DNA from: Eubacteriales bacterium | GTDB lineage: Bacteria > Bacillota > Clostridia > Lachnospirales > Lachnospiraceae | Length of the DNA: 64,000 bases | NCBI GenBank assembly: GCA_030526005.1 | Contig: JAUNDP010000010.1 | Span: forward strand, 8,004 to 72,003 | Direction of reading: 5' to 3' | Part shown: positions 9,352 to 20,085 of the stretch, piece by piece | How the letters are laid out: each line of letters starts with the position of its first letter | Numbering within the stretch: the stretch's first letter is position 1 | The notes under the pieces: generated by a model | Told to the model about the DNA's origin: nothing | What the model saw: only the letters and a program-made list of their open reading frames with translations | The model's database searches: none | Translations under genes and position numbers: made by a program

Positions 9352-10110
9352 ATGGTACATTTTGTAGGCGCAGGATCAGGAGCGGCAGATCTGATCACAG
9401 TAAGAGGAAAACAATTTTTGGAACAGGCGGATGTCATCATCTATGCCGGTTCTCTCGTCAACCCTCAGCTTTTAGAGTATAAAAAAGAGGAATGTGCAGT
9501 TTACAACAGCGCATATATGACCTTGGAGGAAGTGATTGAAGTTATTGTAAAGGCAGAGGAAGAAAAGAAGATGACAGTACGCCTCCACACAGGAGATCCA
9601 TGTCTGTACGGGGCAATCCGTGAACAGATGGATATTCTGGATGAAAAAAAGATTTCATATGATTATTGTCCAGGCGTCAGCTCATTCTGCGGCGCAGCAT
9701 CTGCATTAAATCTGGAATATACGCTTCCAGATGTGTCACAGACCGTTATTATAACGAGAATGGCGGGAAGGACGCCTGTTCCGGAAAAAGAAGAAATTGC
9801 AAAGCTGGCTGCTCATCGTGCGACAATGGTTGTATTTTTGAGCACAGGAATGCTGGAAAAATTAAGCGAGAGACTGATTGCCGGAGGATATGAAGCAGAT
9901 ACGCCAGCGGCTATCGTATACAAAGCGACATGGGAAGATGAAAAGTCCGTAGTCTGTACAGTCGGAACACTGGCGCAGTGTGCAAAAGAAAACGGGATCA
10001 CAAAGACAGCACTGATGATTATCGGAGATGTCGTTTCGCACAGCCATTACCGCCGTTCCGATCTGTATCATCCGGCATTTACCACAGAATTCAGGGAGGC
10101 GTCAGAATAA
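9352..10110 (+). CDS. cbiF: Cobalt-precorrin-4 C11-methyltransferase CbiF
   Basis: MVHFVGAGSGAADLITVRGKQFLEQADVIIYAGSLV and HTGDPCLYGA are typical of CbiF/CobM. The ATG lies 2 nt after the cbiL stop. Confidence 0.9.
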   Translation: MVHFVGAGSGAADLITVRGKQFLEQADVIIYAGSLVNPQLLEYKKEECAVYNSAYMTLEEVIEVIVKAEEEKKMTVRLHTGDPCLYGAIREQMDILDEKKISYDYCPGVSSFCGAASALNLEYTLPDVSQTVIITRMAGRTPVPEKEEIAKLAAHRATMVVFLSTGMLEKLSERLIAGGYEADTPAAIVYKATWEDEKSVVCTVGTLAQCAKENGITKTALMIIGDVVSHSHYRRSDLYHPAFTTEFREASE

Positions 10111-11163
10111 ATGAAAGCAGCCTGCATTGCTTTTTCAAGAAATGGAGGAAAAGTCTGTAAAAAGACGGCAGCGATTCTGGAAAAAAAGGGAATGGAGACA
10201 GAAGCGTGTGTGACAGCAAGATATGCGAAAGAGACAGGGCTTGATCCCTTAAGTCAAACAGTCGCAGAGTGGACAAAATATCATTTTTCTGCCGCAGATC
10301 TGCTTGTCTTTGTCGGAGCGACAGGGATTGCAGTGCGCAGTATAGCGCCGTATGTGCGTGATAAAAAGACAGATCCTGCCGTGATTGTGATTGATGAACA
10401 TGGAAAATTTGTGATCTCTCTTTTGTCAGGTCATATTGGAGGCGCAAACGAATGGACAGCGCTGCTTGCAGAGGAGCTGCACAGTATGCCTGTCGTGACG
10501 ACAGCGACAGATCTGAATCATAAGATGGCTGTCGATGTGTTTGCAGTAAAAAATGGAATGGAAATCAAGGAAATGGAGCTGGCAAAAAAGATTGCCGCTG
10601 ATTTCCTGGATCAAAAACGTGTCGGATTTCTGTCAGATTTTGCAGTGAAAGGGCAGATGCCGCAGGAATTGAAACAATATCAGCCGAGCGGGGAAGAGGC
10701 GCTAGAAGACGGTATTCATGTGACGATCAAGAGAGAGACAAAACCATTTTCACATACGCTCCATCTGATTCCAAAGATTGTAGCGCTTGGAATCGGGTGC
10801 AGAAAATATACGAAAAAAGAGACGATTGAACGAGCAGTAAACGATATGCTTGATACACTGGAGATTGAAAGAGAAAGTATTTCCTGTGTGTGCAGTATTG
10901 AACTGAAAAAAGAAGAAGAAGGGATTCAGCAGTTTTGCAGAGAATGGAATTTGCCATTTTTTGTTTTCTCAAAAGAAGAATTACAAAATGCAGAGGGAGA
11001 ATTTTCTTCCTCATCATTTGTAGAGCAGACAGTAGGGGTCTCAAATGTATGTGAACGCAGCGCCGTATGCGGGAGCGAAAATGGAATGCTGATACAGAAA
11101 AAAAGAGCCGGGGACGGTGTGACGGTAGCCGCGGCAATCAAAGATTGGAGTGTAAAATTTTGA
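10111..11163 (+). CDS. cbiG: Cobalt-precorrin-5A hydrolase CbiG
   Basis: 350-aa ORF abutting cbiF. It has a GIGCRK motif in the C-terminal CbiG domain and sits between cbiF and cbiH. Confidence 0.85.
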   Translation: MKAACIAFSRNGGKVCKKTAAILEKKGMETEACVTARYAKETGLDPLSQTVAEWTKYHFSAADLLVFVGATGIAVRSIAPYVRDKKTDPAVIVIDEHGKFVISLLSGHIGGANEWTALLAEELHSMPVVTTATDLNHKMAVDVFAVKNGMEIKEMELAKKIAADFLDQKRVGFLSDFAVKGQMPQELKQYQPSGEEALEDGIHVTIKRETKPFSHTLHLIPKIVALGIGCRKYTKKETIERAVNDMLDTLEIERESISCVCSIELKKEEEGIQQFCREWNLPFFVFSKEELQNAEGEFSSSSFVEQTVGVSNVCERSAVCGSENGMLIQKKRAGDGVTVAAAIKDWSVKF

Positions 11164-11888
11164 GTAAAATTTATGTAGTAGGAATCGGACCAGGAGCATA
11201 TGAACAGATGACAATGCGCGCGGCAGAAGCATTAAATGCGTGCGATGTCATTGTCGGATATACGGTTTATGTAGATTTAGTAAAAGAACATTTTGCCGGA
11301 AAAGAATTTCTGACAACACCGATGAAAAAAGAAGTGGATCGCTGTATCCTTGCTTTTGAGGAAGCAAAAAAGGGAAAGACGGTAGCAATGATCTGCAGTG
11401 GAGATGCCGGCGTATATGGAATGTCTGGACTGATGCTGGAGATTGGAGAGCGCTATCCTGATATTGAAGTAGAAATGATTTCGGGTGTGACGGCAGCGCT
11501 TGGCGGTGCGTCCGTTCTCGGTGCGCCGTTGATCCATGATTTTGCGCTGATCAGCCTGAGCGACCTGATGACACCGTGGGAAAAAATTGAAAAACGCCTG
11601 CTTCTTGCTTCGGAGGCTGATTTTGTAATCTGTCTGTATAATCCTTCCAGCAAAAAAAGACATGACTATCTGCAAAAAGCATGTGATTTGATGATGCAAC
11701 ACAAATCTCCTGAGACGGTGTGTGGAATTGTGACCAATATCGGGCGTGAAAAAGAAGAAGGAAAAGTGATGACGCTGCGAAAGCTGCGCGACACGCCTGT
11801 AGATATGTTTACAACAGTTTTTGTCGGAAACTCTCAGACGCGCCAGATCAATGGAAAAATGGTGACGCCACGAGGATATACATACTGA
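11160..11888 (+). CDS. cbiH: Cobalt-precorrin-3B C17-methyltransferase CbiH
   Basis: A TTG start overlaps the cbiG stop (TTGA). The sequence KIYVVGIGPGAYEQMTMRAAEAL ... ICSGDAGVYGM is typical of CbiH/CobJ. The upstream extension in the ORF track overlaps cbiG and is treated as an artefact. Confidence 0.85.
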   Translation: MSKIYVVGIGPGAYEQMTMRAAEALNACDVIVGYTVYVDLVKEHFAGKEFLTTPMKKEVDRCILAFEEAKKGKTVAMICSGDAGVYGMSGLMLEIGERYPDIEVEMISGVTAALGGASVLGAPLIHDFALISLSDLMTPWEKIEKRLLLASEADFVICLYNPSSKKRHDYLQKACDLMMQHKSPETVCGIVTNIGREKEEGKVMTLRKLRDTPVDMFTTVFVGNSQTRQINGKMVTPRGYTY

Positions 11889-11946
11889 GAAAGGAGGATG
11901 CGGGGATTGGAAGACAGAATTTTGTTTTCCAACCCTGCCCGAATCA

Positions 11947-13920
11947 ATGAACATTTTGATTTTTGCGGGGACGACAGAAGGACGCAGCCTTGCTCAATAT
12001 CTGGCACGTCAAAATATTTTCTGCCATGTCTGTGTGGCGACAGAGTACGGAGAACAGCTGATTGAAGAGAGCAATTATGTCAAAATACATACAGGGAGAC
12101 TGACCGAAGAGGAAATGAAAGAACTGATGGAGCGTGAAGATATCCATCTGGTGATTGACGCCACGCATCCATATGCGGTTCTTGTATCTGAGAATATCAA
12201 AAAGGCGTGCGGACAGGCAAAGGTATCTTATCAGCGGCTGCTTCGCTCTTCTGTTCAGCTGAAGAAAGAAGAAGACGCTGTTTTTGTGGATTCCGTGGAG
12301 GAGGCTGTCCAATTTTTAAAGGCTGTGACAGGAAATGTGCTGATTACGACAGGCAGTAAGGAGCTGGCAAAATTTACTGCGATAGACGGATATAGAGAAC
12401 GACTGTACGCGAGAGTGCTTTCCACTCCGGAAGTCGTAAAGACATGCGCAGAGCTTGGATTTGAAGGGAAGCATCTGATCTGTATGCAGGGACCGTTCAG
12501 CGAAGAATTAAACGTTGCCATGATGCGTCAGATCGACGCGTCTTATCTTGTCACGAAAGAATCGGGAAAAGCAGGAGGATTTGAAGAAAAAATCCGTGCG
12601 GCGAAAAAAGCAGGCGCAAAAGCGATCGTGATCGGGCGTCCTTCTGTCGAAAAAGGAATGTCTCTGGAAGAGGTCAAACAATTTGTGATCCGGGAGACAG
12701 GAAAAACGGTTCATCATCAGATTTCTCTTGTAGGGATCGGTATGGGAGACCGAAAAAGTCTGACGATGGAAGCCATAGACCATATCCATGCGGCAGACGT
12801 CTTGATCGGAGCAAAACGGATGCTGGAACCATTTTCAGGACTGCATAAACCAATGATGTGCGAGTACCGTCCAGAGGAGATCTGTCAGTATATTCAAGAA
12901 CATCCAGAATATGAACATGTGGCTGTCTTACTGTCAGGAGATACCGGATTTTACAGCGGCGCAAAAAAATTGATGGATCTTTTGAAAGATGAACATGTGA
13001 CGGTATGTCCAGGAATTTCATCTGTTGTCGCTTTCTGCGCTAAATTGCAGACATCATGGGATGATATCAAATTGATGAGTCTTCACGGAAGAGGACAAAA
13101 TACCATTCACGCATTAAAAGAGTATGGCAAAGTATTTACTCTGGTCGGGACAAAAGATGGCATCCCAAATCTGTGCAGAAAACTGATCGAATATGGGATG
13201 GAAGATACAAAAATTTCCGTGGGAGAGGCGCTGTCCTATCCGCAGGAACGGATTGTAATCGGAAGCCCAGAGCAGCTGCAGAAGATGGAATTTGATCCAT
13301 TGACAGTCGTATTGATGGAACGAGAAAAAAGAGAATTTGTTGTCACGCATGGGATTGCGGACGATCATTTTCTGAGAGATCGGGCGCCGATGACGAAAGA
13401 AGAAATACGAAGTATTTCACTGTCAAAACTGCGGCTTCAGAAAGACTCTGTGATCTATGATATTGGAGCAGGGACAGGATCGGTTGCAGTAGAGATGGCT
13501 TTGCAGTCCTCTGATGGAATGGTATATGCGATTGAGAAAAAGAAAGAAGCAGTCAGCCTGATTCTGGAAAATAAGAGAAAATTTGCGGCAGACAATCTGG
13601 AAGTGATAGAAGGGATGGCGCCTGAAGCGCTGGAATCTTTGCCTGTGCCGACCCATGCTTTTATTGGAGGCTCTTCTGGAAATATGAAAGAAATTTTAAA
13701 GACGCTGCTGAAGAAAAATGAGAAAATCCGTATAGTGGTTAATGCGATTGCGGTGGAGACGGTTGCGGAGACGCTGCAGTGTCTGAAAGAACTTCCGTTT
13801 TGCGAGGAAGAAATTGTTCAGGCTTCAGTCGGAAGATCGAAAAAAGTAGCGTCTTATCATATGATGATGGGGTTAAATCCAGTATTTATCTTCTCATTTA
13901 CAGGAGGTGGATGCGCGTGA
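11947..13920 (+). CDS. Tri-domain fusion of precorrin-6A reductase (CbiJ/CobK), CbiE and CbiT (CobL-type C5,15-methyltransferase/decarboxylase)
   Basis: The N-terminus MNILIFAGTTEGR is CobK-like. The middle segment ISLVGIGMGDRKSLTMEAIDHIHAADVLIGAKR is CbiE-like. The C-terminal segment MTKEEIRSISLSKLRLQKDSVIYDIGAGTGSVAVEMA is a CbiT-type SAM methyltransferase. Confidence 0.85.
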   Translation: MNILIFAGTTEGRSLAQYLARQNIFCHVCVATEYGEQLIEESNYVKIHTGRLTEEEMKELMEREDIHLVIDATHPYAVLVSENIKKACGQAKVSYQRLLRSSVQLKKEEDAVFVDSVEEAVQFLKAVTGNVLITTGSKELAKFTAIDGYRERLYARVLSTPEVVKTCAELGFEGKHLICMQGPFSEELNVAMMRQIDASYLVTKESGKAGGFEEKIRAAKKAGAKAIVIGRPSVEKGMSLEEVKQFVIRETGKTVHHQISLVGIGMGDRKSLTMEAIDHIHAADVLIGAKRMLEPFSGLHKPMMCEYRPEEICQYIQEHPEYEHVAVLLSGDTGFYSGAKKLMDLLKDEHVTVCPGISSVVAFCAKLQTSWDDIKLMSLHGRGQNTIHALKEYGKVFTLVGTKDGIPNLCRKLIEYGMEDTKISVGEALSYPQERIVIGSPEQLQKMEFDPLTVVLMEREKREFVVTHGIADDHFLRDRAPMTKEEIRSISLSKLRLQKDSVIYDIGAGTGSVAVEMALQSSDGMVYAIEKKKEAVSLILENKRKFAADNLEVIEGMAPEALESLPVPTHAFIGGSSGNMKEILKTLLKKNEKIRIVVNAIAVETVAETLQCLKELPFCEEEIVQASVGRSKKVASYHMMMGLNPVFIFSFTGGGCA

Positions 13921-15287
13921 AAATCCCAAGAATTCTGATTGCAGCCGGAGCAAGCGGGAGCGGCAAGACGCTGATTACATGTGGAATTTTACAGGCGCTT
14001 TGCAGCAGAGGAAAAAAAGTATCTTCGTTTAAATGCGGTCCAGATTATATTGATCCGATGTTTCATGCAAAGGTGATCGGAACAAAGGCAAGAAATCTGG
14101 ACACCTTTTTTACAGACGAGAAAACAACACAGTATTTACTGCAGCAAAATGCAAAAGATACGGATATTTCTGTGATTGAAGGCGTGATGGGATATTATGA
14201 CGGATTAGGCGGAATTGACACAAAAGCAAGCGCTTATGATGTGGCGAGAGTGACAAAAACGCCGGTGATTTTTATCATAAATGGAAAAGGAATGAGTCTT
14301 TCAGCAGCAGCATATCTGAAGGGATTTGCAGAATATAGAAAAGACAGCAGAATTTGCGGCGTCATTTTAAACCAGATTTCTCCTATGATGTATCCGCAGC
14401 TGAAAAAGAAAATAGAAGAAGAACTTTGCGTATCCGTTCTTGGATATGTGCCTAAGGTGGATAATCTATTTTTGGAGAGCCGCCATCTGGGGCTTGTGAT
14501 GCCGCAGGAAATTGAAAGTCTGAATAAAAAATTAAAAGAATTTGCAGCACAGCTGGAAATGACACTGGATCTGGATCAACTGATCGAGATGGCTGAAGGC
14601 GCAGAGGAATTGGAAGAAATCGAGATTGAAATTCCTAGTTTGAAAGAGAAGCCTGTGATTGCAGTTGCGAGAGATGAAGCGTTTTGTTTTTTCTATGAAG
14701 ATAACCTGGAACTTTTGAGAAAAATGGGGGCAAAGCTGATTGAATTTTCACCGATTCACGACAAAAAGCTGCCGTCTGAGGCAAACGGACTGCTCTTATA
14801 TGGAGGATATCCGGAACTGGCGGCAAGGCAGCTCAGTCAAAATGTGCAGATGCGAAAAAGTATAGAAGAAGCGATCGTATCGGGAATGCCTTGTATGGCA
14901 GAATGCGGCGGCTTTATGTATCTTCATGAGACGATGGAGGATATGGACGGTCAAGCATGGCCGATGGCAGGCGTCATCAAAGGCAGAGCATACAGGACAG
15001 AGAAATTAGGGCGATTCGGCTATATTGAGCTGGAGGCAAGAAAAGAGCAGATGTTTGGAATGGAAGCCGGAAAAATATGCGCTCATGAATTTCACTATTT
15101 TGACAGCACATCATGCGGGGACTGTTTTTATGCCCAAAAGCCTCTGCGAAAGAGGGGATGGGACTGTATTCACGGGGAATACCGGATGATTGCAGGCTTT
15201 CCACACCTCTATTATTATTCAAATCGAAAAATTCCAGAACAGTTTTTGAGAGCGTGTGTAGAATTTGGGAAAGGAAACAAAGTATGA
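13911..15287 (+). CDS. cbiA: Cobyrinate a,c-diamide synthase CbiA
   Basis: PRILIAAGASGSGKTLITCGIL is the P-loop, and there is a C-terminal glutamine amidotransferase region (MAECGGFMYL). The start is ATG 13911 or GTG 13917, with AGGAGG at 13902-13907. The upstream part of the tracked ORF overlaps the preceding gene. Confidence 0.85.
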   Translation: MRVKIPRILIAAGASGSGKTLITCGILQALCSRGKKVSSFKCGPDYIDPMFHAKVIGTKARNLDTFFTDEKTTQYLLQQNAKDTDISVIEGVMGYYDGLGGIDTKASAYDVARVTKTPVIFIINGKGMSLSAAAYLKGFAEYRKDSRICGVILNQISPMMYPQLKKKIEEELCVSVLGYVPKVDNLFLESRHLGLVMPQEIESLNKKLKEFAAQLEMTLDLDQLIEMAEGAEELEEIEIEIPSLKEKPVIAVARDEAFCFFYEDNLELLRKMGAKLIEFSPIHDKKLPSEANGLLLYGGYPELAARQLSQNVQMRKSIEEAIVSGMPCMAECGGFMYLHETMEDMDGQAWPMAGVIKGRAYRTEKLGRFGYIELEARKEQMFGMEAGKICAHEFHYFDSTSCGDCFYAQKPLRKRGWDCIHGEYRMIAGFPHLYYYSNRKIPEQFLRACVEFGKGNKV

Positions 15288-16261
15288 TGAAGGAAACATT
15301 GGCAGCTGTTTTACTGGGATATCTGCTTGATCTTTTAATAGGAGATCCGCATTGGCTGTATCATCCGATTCGGCTTGTCGGAAATCTGATCAGTCTGCTG
15401 GAGAGATGGCTCAGATCATTATTTCCAAAGACAGAGAAAGGGGAATTGACAGCCGGAGTATTTCTTGTGATCCTGACGACGGGAATCACGACGGCAGCGG
15501 CGGCAGGAATTTTGTATGCAGGATATCTGATCCACCCAGCTGTAAAATTTGCCTTGGAAGTGGTGATGTGCTATCAGCTTTTAGCGACTCGGGCATTGAG
15601 AGATGAGAGCATGAAAGTGTATCAGAAATTAAAGGAAAATGATCTGGAAGGTAGTCGCTATGCTGTCTCTATGATCGTAGGGCGCGATACAAAAAATCTG
15701 GATGACATAGGTGTGACAAAGGCGGCAGTAGAAACGGTGGCAGAGAACACTTCTGATGGAATTTTAGCTCCGATGCTGTTTATGGTGATCGGAGGACCAG
15801 TGCTTGGTTTTTTCTACAAGGCAGTCAATACGATGGATTCCATGGTCGGGTATAAAAATGAGAAGTATCTGTATTTTGGACGCGCGGCAGCAAAATTTGA
15901 CGATATATTGAATTATATTCCGGCGAGAATTTCAGCATGGATGATGATCTTTTCGTGTGTGTTTTCAGGATTGGATGCAAAAGAAGCTTACCGGATTTAT
16001 AAAAGGGACCGATACAATCATGCAAGCCCAAATTCAGCACAGACAGAGGCGGTGATGGCAGGGGCACTTCATATACAGCTGGCAGGTGACGCATGGTATT
16101 TTGGAAAATTGTACAAGAAAAAGACGATCGGCGATGCAGTTCGTGCAGTCGAGTATGAAGATATCAGAAGGGCAAACCGGTTGCTGTATGTCACTTCATT
16201 TTTTACAATACTGCTGTTCGGAGCGCTTCGTTTTCTGGTTATCATGACAGTGGGATTGTGA
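15284..16261 (+). CDS. cbiB: Adenosylcobinamide-phosphate synthase CbiB/CobD (membrane protein)
   Basis: MMKETLAAVLLGYLLDLLIGDPHWLYHPIRLVG is a typical CbiB N-terminus. The ATG overlaps the cbiA stop (ATGA). Confidence 0.85.
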   Translation: MMKETLAAVLLGYLLDLLIGDPHWLYHPIRLVGNLISLLERWLRSLFPKTEKGELTAGVFLVILTTGITTAAAAGILYAGYLIHPAVKFALEVVMCYQLLATRALRDESMKVYQKLKENDLEGSRYAVSMIVGRDTKNLDDIGVTKAAVETVAENTSDGILAPMLFMVIGGPVLGFFYKAVNTMDSMVGYKNEKYLYFGRAAAKFDDILNYIPARISAWMMIFSCVFSGLDAKEAYRIYKRDRYNHASPNSAQTEAVMAGALHIQLAGDAWYFGKLYKKKTIGDAVRAVEYEDIRRANRLLYVTSFFTILLFGALRFLVIMTVGL

Positions 16262-16319
16262 AGTCGCACCTGTTTTTCAGATAAAAAAGGATGATAAAAT
16301 AGTAATGGAGGAACAGAAA

Positions 16320-17363
16320 ATGTATATGCACAGACATGGAGGAGATGTGTATTCCGAACCGTACGAGATTGATTTTTCAGCGAATATCAATCCGTTTGGT
16401 ATGCCGCAGAGCGTAAAAGACGCAGCATGGGAAGGAGTAGTATCATCTGTCAATTATCCAGATGTCTCCTGCAGGCAATTAAAAAAGAAGATAGCAGAAA
16501 AAAATAAGATTCCGCCGGAATATTTTATTTTTGGAAACGGCGCAGCAGAACTGATTTTTGCGGTGGTATCCGCTTTGAAACCGAAAAAAGCGCTTGTGGT
16601 CTCACCGGGATTTGCAGAATATGAGCAGGCAGCCCGTGCGTCCGGATGCGAGATCGAACATTATTTTTTGAAAGAAGACAATGAATTTTTACTTGAAAAA
16701 TCTTATCTTGAATCCATAAAAGAAGATACAGATCTCGTATTTTTGTGCAATCCGAATAATCCGACGGGGCATCTGATTGAATGTGACTTTCTGCATCAGA
16801 TTTTGGAAAAATGCAGGGCGTGCAAAGCTTTTTTGGTCTTAGATGAATGTTTCAATGAATTTCTGGATCAGCCGAATCAGTATACAATGCTCCAAAAGAC
16901 AAAAGAATTTAAAAATATGATGATTCTGAAAGCTTTCACAAAAATTTATGCGATGCCGGGTCTTCGACTGGGATATGGGATCTGTTCTGACTATAGTGTG
17001 ATTGAAAAAATGGAAGCGATGCTTCAGCCATGGAATGTTTCTGTTCCGGCCCAGATGGCGGGAAATGCAGCATTAGATGAAGAAGAATTTGTGCGGATGA
17101 CGAGAACGTTCATTGGACAAGAGCGCAGATGGATGAAAAAAGAGCTGGAACGAATCGGAGTCCGAACATTTGATTCCAAAGCAAATTATCTGTTTTTTAA
17201 AGGTCCCCAAAATTTAGCGCAGCATTGTAAAAAATATGGCATTCTGATACGGGACTGCAGCAACTATGAAGGACTTTCAGACGGATATTACCGTGTTGCA
17301 GTGCGCAGACGAGAAGAAAATGAAAAACTGATTTCATGTCTGGAAAAGGCAGTGAGGCAATAA
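16320..17363 (+). CDS. cobD: L-threonine-O-3-phosphate decarboxylase (class II aminotransferase family)
   Basis: [24 protein letters not shown] is the signature N-terminus of CobD/CobC-type decarboxylases, and the gene sits in the cbi operon. GGAGG lies 8 nt upstream of ATG 16320. Confidence 0.8.
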   Translation: MYMHRHGGDVYSEPYEIDFSANINPFGMPQSVKDAAWEGVVSSVNYPDVSCRQLKKKIAEKNKIPPEYFIFGNGAAELIFAVVSALKPKKALVVSPGFAEYEQAARASGCEIEHYFLKEDNEFLLEKSYLESIKEDTDLVFLCNPNNPTGHLIECDFLHQILEKCRACKAFLVLDECFNEFLDQPNQYTMLQKTKEFKNMMILKAFTKIYAMPGLRLGYGICSDYSVIEKMEAMLQPWNVSVPAQMAGNAALDEEEFVRMTRTFIGQERRWMKKELERIGVRTFDSKANYLFFKGPQNLAQHCKKYGILIRDCSNYEGLSDGYYRVAVRRREENEKLISCLEKAVRQ

Positions 17364-17397
17364 AGAGGCGGAAAATCAGAAGACAGGGAGGAAAATC

Positions 17398-18906
17398 ATG
17401 GCGAAGTCAATAATGATTCAGGGAACGATGTCAAATGCAGGAAAAAGCTTAATTGCGGCGGGGCTATGCAGAATTTTTAAGCAGGACGGATATCGGACTG
17501 CCCCGTTTAAATCACAGAATATGGCTTTAAATTCTTTTATCACAGAGGAAGGTCTGGAGATGGGAAGAGCGCAGGTCATGCAGGCGGAGGCGGCAGGAAT
17601 CAAGCCTTCTGTCTATATGAATCCGATTTTGCTCAAACCGACAAATGATGTGGGATCTCAGGTGATTGTCAATGGAGAAGTGATTGGAAATATGAGCGCA
17701 CGCGACTATTTTGCGTATAAAAAGAAGCTGATTCCTGATATTTTAAAGGCTTATCATAAGTTAGAAGAAGAGTATGAAATTATTGTGATTGAGGGGGCCG
17801 GAAGTCCGGCGGAGATCAATTTAAAGGCAGATGATATCGTCAATATGGGGATGGCCAAAATGGCAGACGCCCCTGTTCTTCTGGTGGGCGATATTGACCG
17901 AGGCGGTGTTTTCGCACAGCTGGTTGGAACGATCATGCTTCTTGAGGAAGAAGAAAAAGCACGGATTAAAGGGCTAATCATCAATAAGTTTCGAGGAGAC
18001 AAGACGATTTTAGATCCTGGAATCAAAATGCTGGAAGAAAAATGCGGTATTCCAGTCGTTGGGGTTGCGCCGTATCTGCATATAGAAGTAGAGGATGAAG
18101 ACAGTCTGACAGAACGCTTTGATCATATGCAGGAAGTCAGCATGATTGATATTGCAGTCATTCGTCTTCCGAGAATTTCAAATTTTACAGACTTTAATCC
18201 ATTTGAAAACATAAAGGGCGTTTCTCTGCGCTATGTACAGTCAGCAGCGGAGCTGAAAAATCCGGATATGATTATCTTGCCGGGAACAAAAAATACAATG
18301 GAAGATTTGCTGTGGATGAGACAGAATGGTTTAGAGGCGGCAATTTTAAAGGCAGCTTCAGCTGGAAAAGTGATTTACGGCGTGTGCGGCGGATATCAGA
18401 TGCTTGGAAAATCCATTCAAGATCCGTATCATGTGGAAGCAGGCGGAGAGATTGCAGGTATGGGATTACTGCCGATGGATACGATTTTTGCGGCAGAAAA
18501 AACACGCACAAGAGTTTCCGGAAAATTTCAGACTGTGGGCGGAATTTTGTCGGGGCTGAGCGGTATTTCTTTAGAAGGCTATGAAATCCATATGGGAATG
18601 TCAAAACTGGAAGAAGGAGAACAGGGACTGACAGAAATCTGTGATACAAATACACAGTCGGCTCAAAAGACGGAGGGCGCCCAAAAAGGAAATATTTATG
18701 GCAGTTATGTGCATGGAATTTTTGATAAAGGCGCTGTTGCATCGGAAGTGGTAAGATCATTGGCAGCAGCAAAAGGAATTGAAGCGGAAGAAATTTCAAG
18801 CGTTGATTTTCAGCAGTTCAAAGAGACACAATATGATATTCTGGCAGATGAGCTGCGGAAACATTTTGATATGGAGCGCATTTATCAGATCCTGGGGGAA
18901 AAATAG
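17398..18906 (+). CDS. cobQ: Cobyric acid synthase CobQ/CbiP
   Basis: [22 protein letters not shown] is the P-loop, and a C-terminal GATase domain is present ([10 protein letters not shown]). Confidence 0.9.
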   Translation: MAKSIMIQGTMSNAGKSLIAAGLCRIFKQDGYRTAPFKSQNMALNSFITEEGLEMGRAQVMQAEAAGIKPSVYMNPILLKPTNDVGSQVIVNGEVIGNMSARDYFAYKKKLIPDILKAYHKLEEEYEIIVIEGAGSPAEINLKADDIVNMGMAKMADAPVLLVGDIDRGGVFAQLVGTIMLLEEEEKARIKGLIINKFRGDKTILDPGIKMLEEKCGIPVVGVAPYLHIEVEDEDSLTERFDHMQEVSMIDIAVIRLPRISNFTDFNPFENIKGVSLRYVQSAAELKNPDMIILPGTKNTMEDLLWMRQNGLEAAILKAASAGKVIYGVCGGYQMLGKSIQDPYHVEAGGEIAGMGLLPMDTIFAAEKTRTRVSGKFQTVGGILSGLSGISLEGYEIHMGMSKLEEGEQGLTEICDTNTQSAQKTEGAQKGNIYGSYVHGIFDKGAVASEVVRSLAAAKGIEAEEISSVDFQQFKETQYDILADELRKHFDMERIYQILGEK

Positions 18907-19011
18907 AAGAGTAAAATCCAGAGAGAACAGAAATATTTTAGAAAAATTCATGGTAATTTTGATATGAAAACAGAGAAAAAAGTCTGGGCAAGAGAAGGGA
19001 GGATTTTATCC

Positions 19012-19653
19012 ATGAAAGTAGAATTAGAGAATATAATGCCAAGAGAGATTGAGAAAAGAAGCTTTGAGATTATCACACAGGAACTGGGAGAACGTACATT
19101 TGAAGACCAGCAGGAGATGATCGTAAAGCGATGTATTCATACGAGCGCAGATTTTGAATATGCCGATAATTTGTGCTTTTCAGAACATGCAGTACAAAAA
19201 GCAATGGATGCCATTAAAAAGGGAGCGTGTATTGTAACCGACACGCAGATGGCGAAAGCCGGAATTAACAAAAGAGCACTCGCAAGATATGGAGGAGAGG
19301 TCTATTGTTTTATGTCAGATGAGGATGTAGCACAGGCGGCAAAAAACAATGGAACAACGAGAGCTACAGTGTGCATTGACAAAGCGGCGAAGCTGGACAG
19401 ACCTGTCATATTTGCAGTCGGAAATGCTCCGACAGCGCTTGTACGTCTGTATGAACTGATTCAAGAGAAAAAAATAAAACCGGAACTGATTATTGGAGTG
19501 CCGGTTGGATTCGTAAATGTTGTTCAGTCAAAAGAGTTGATTATGGAGACAGATGTGCCATATATTGTTGCACGCGGAAGAAAAGGCGGAAGCAATATTG
19601 CAGCCTGTATCTGCAATGCACTGTTGTATCTGATCGATGACAGCAGAGAATAA
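19012..19653 (+). CDS. cbiC: Cobalt-precorrin-8 methylmutase CbiC
   Basis: IEKRSFEIITQELG..., RCIHTSADFEY and FAVGNAPTAL are typical of CbiC/CobH. ATG 19012 is preceded by GGGAGG. Confidence 0.85.
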   Translation: MKVELENIMPREIEKRSFEIITQELGERTFEDQQEMIVKRCIHTSADFEYADNLCFSEHAVQKAMDAIKKGACIVTDTQMAKAGINKRALARYGGEVYCFMSDEDVAQAAKNNGTTRATVCIDKAAKLDRPVIFAVGNAPTALVRLYELIQEKKIKPELIIGVPVGFVNVVQSKELIMETDVPYIVARGRKGGSNIAACICNALLYLIDDSRE

Positions 19654-19654
19654 A

Positions 19655-19721
19655 GAAAAAACAGACCCGTCGCAGAGATTTGCTTTTTATAAGCAGAGAT
19701 TTCCTCGACGGGGATTTTTTG
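19655..19721. terminator. Bidirectional terminator between cbiC (+) and the XRE gene (-)
   Basis: CCCGTCG...CGACGGG forms a stem that extends imperfectly. It is flanked by an A-run upstream (a T-run on the minus strand) and ATTTTTTG downstream. Confidence 0.6.
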
Positions 19722-19722
19722 A

Positions 19723-20085
19723 TTATTTTAAGCGATTATGTTCCTGAAGATATAGAAATTTACTGAAATTTACAAGTTCCTGTTTTGAGGAGGAACTCAG
19801 CTGGGAGAAGTATTTAAGAAGATTTTTTTCAAGCAGCATAGTCTGTGAAGGGTCAAGCGCTCTGTCATTTTCCACTAAAACGGAAGTTTCATTTCCTGTT
19901 AAAAGATAATCAATCGAAACTTCAAAATATTCTGCGATTTTTTGAAGTTTATCATAGTCAGGCTGTTTATTTTTTGTTTCATATCCCGCGATTGTAGGAC
20001 GTGTGACATTGAGATAGCGCGCTAATGCTTCCTGAGTCATATGACGCCCCTGACGGAGCTGTTTTAAATTATTTGCAAAATTCAT
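19723..20085 (-). CDS. XRE-family helix-turn-helix transcriptional regulator
   Basis: The N-terminus LKQLRQGRHMTQEALARYLNVTRPTIAGYETKNKQPDYDKLQKIAEYFEVSIDYLL is a classic HTH_XRE domain. The gene is divergent from the T7SS-like operon. Confidence 0.8.
   Translation of the reverse strand: MNFANNLKQLRQGRHMTQEALARYLNVTRPTIAGYETKNKQPDYDKLQKIAEYFEVSIDYLLTGNETSVLVENDRALDPSQTMLLEKNLLKYFSQLSSSSKQELVNFSKFLYLQEHNRLK

Noticed and set aside
11277-11954. 225-aa minus-strand ORF
   Set aside because: It is antisense to cbiH, which has clear family motifs. It is a shadow ORF.
11891-12070. Strong AAGGAGG at 11891-11897 followed by an out-of-frame Cys-rich ORF of about 58 codons (ATG 11898 / TTG 11907)
   Set aside because: The ATG has zero spacing from the ribosome binding site. 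The translation (…FDFCGDDRRTQPCSISGTSKYFLPCLCGD…) looks non-biological and overlaps the well-supported CbiJ N-terminus (MNILIFAGTTEGR). I kept ATG 11947 as the cbiJ start despite its weak ribosome binding site.
13779-13910. N-terminal extensions of tracked ORFs (cbiA from 13779, cbiB from 15113, cbiH from 11067, esxA from 26642, among others)
   Set aside because: The extensions overlap the 3' ends of the preceding genes and lack family similarity. Internal starts with ribosome binding sites and canonical N-termini fit better.
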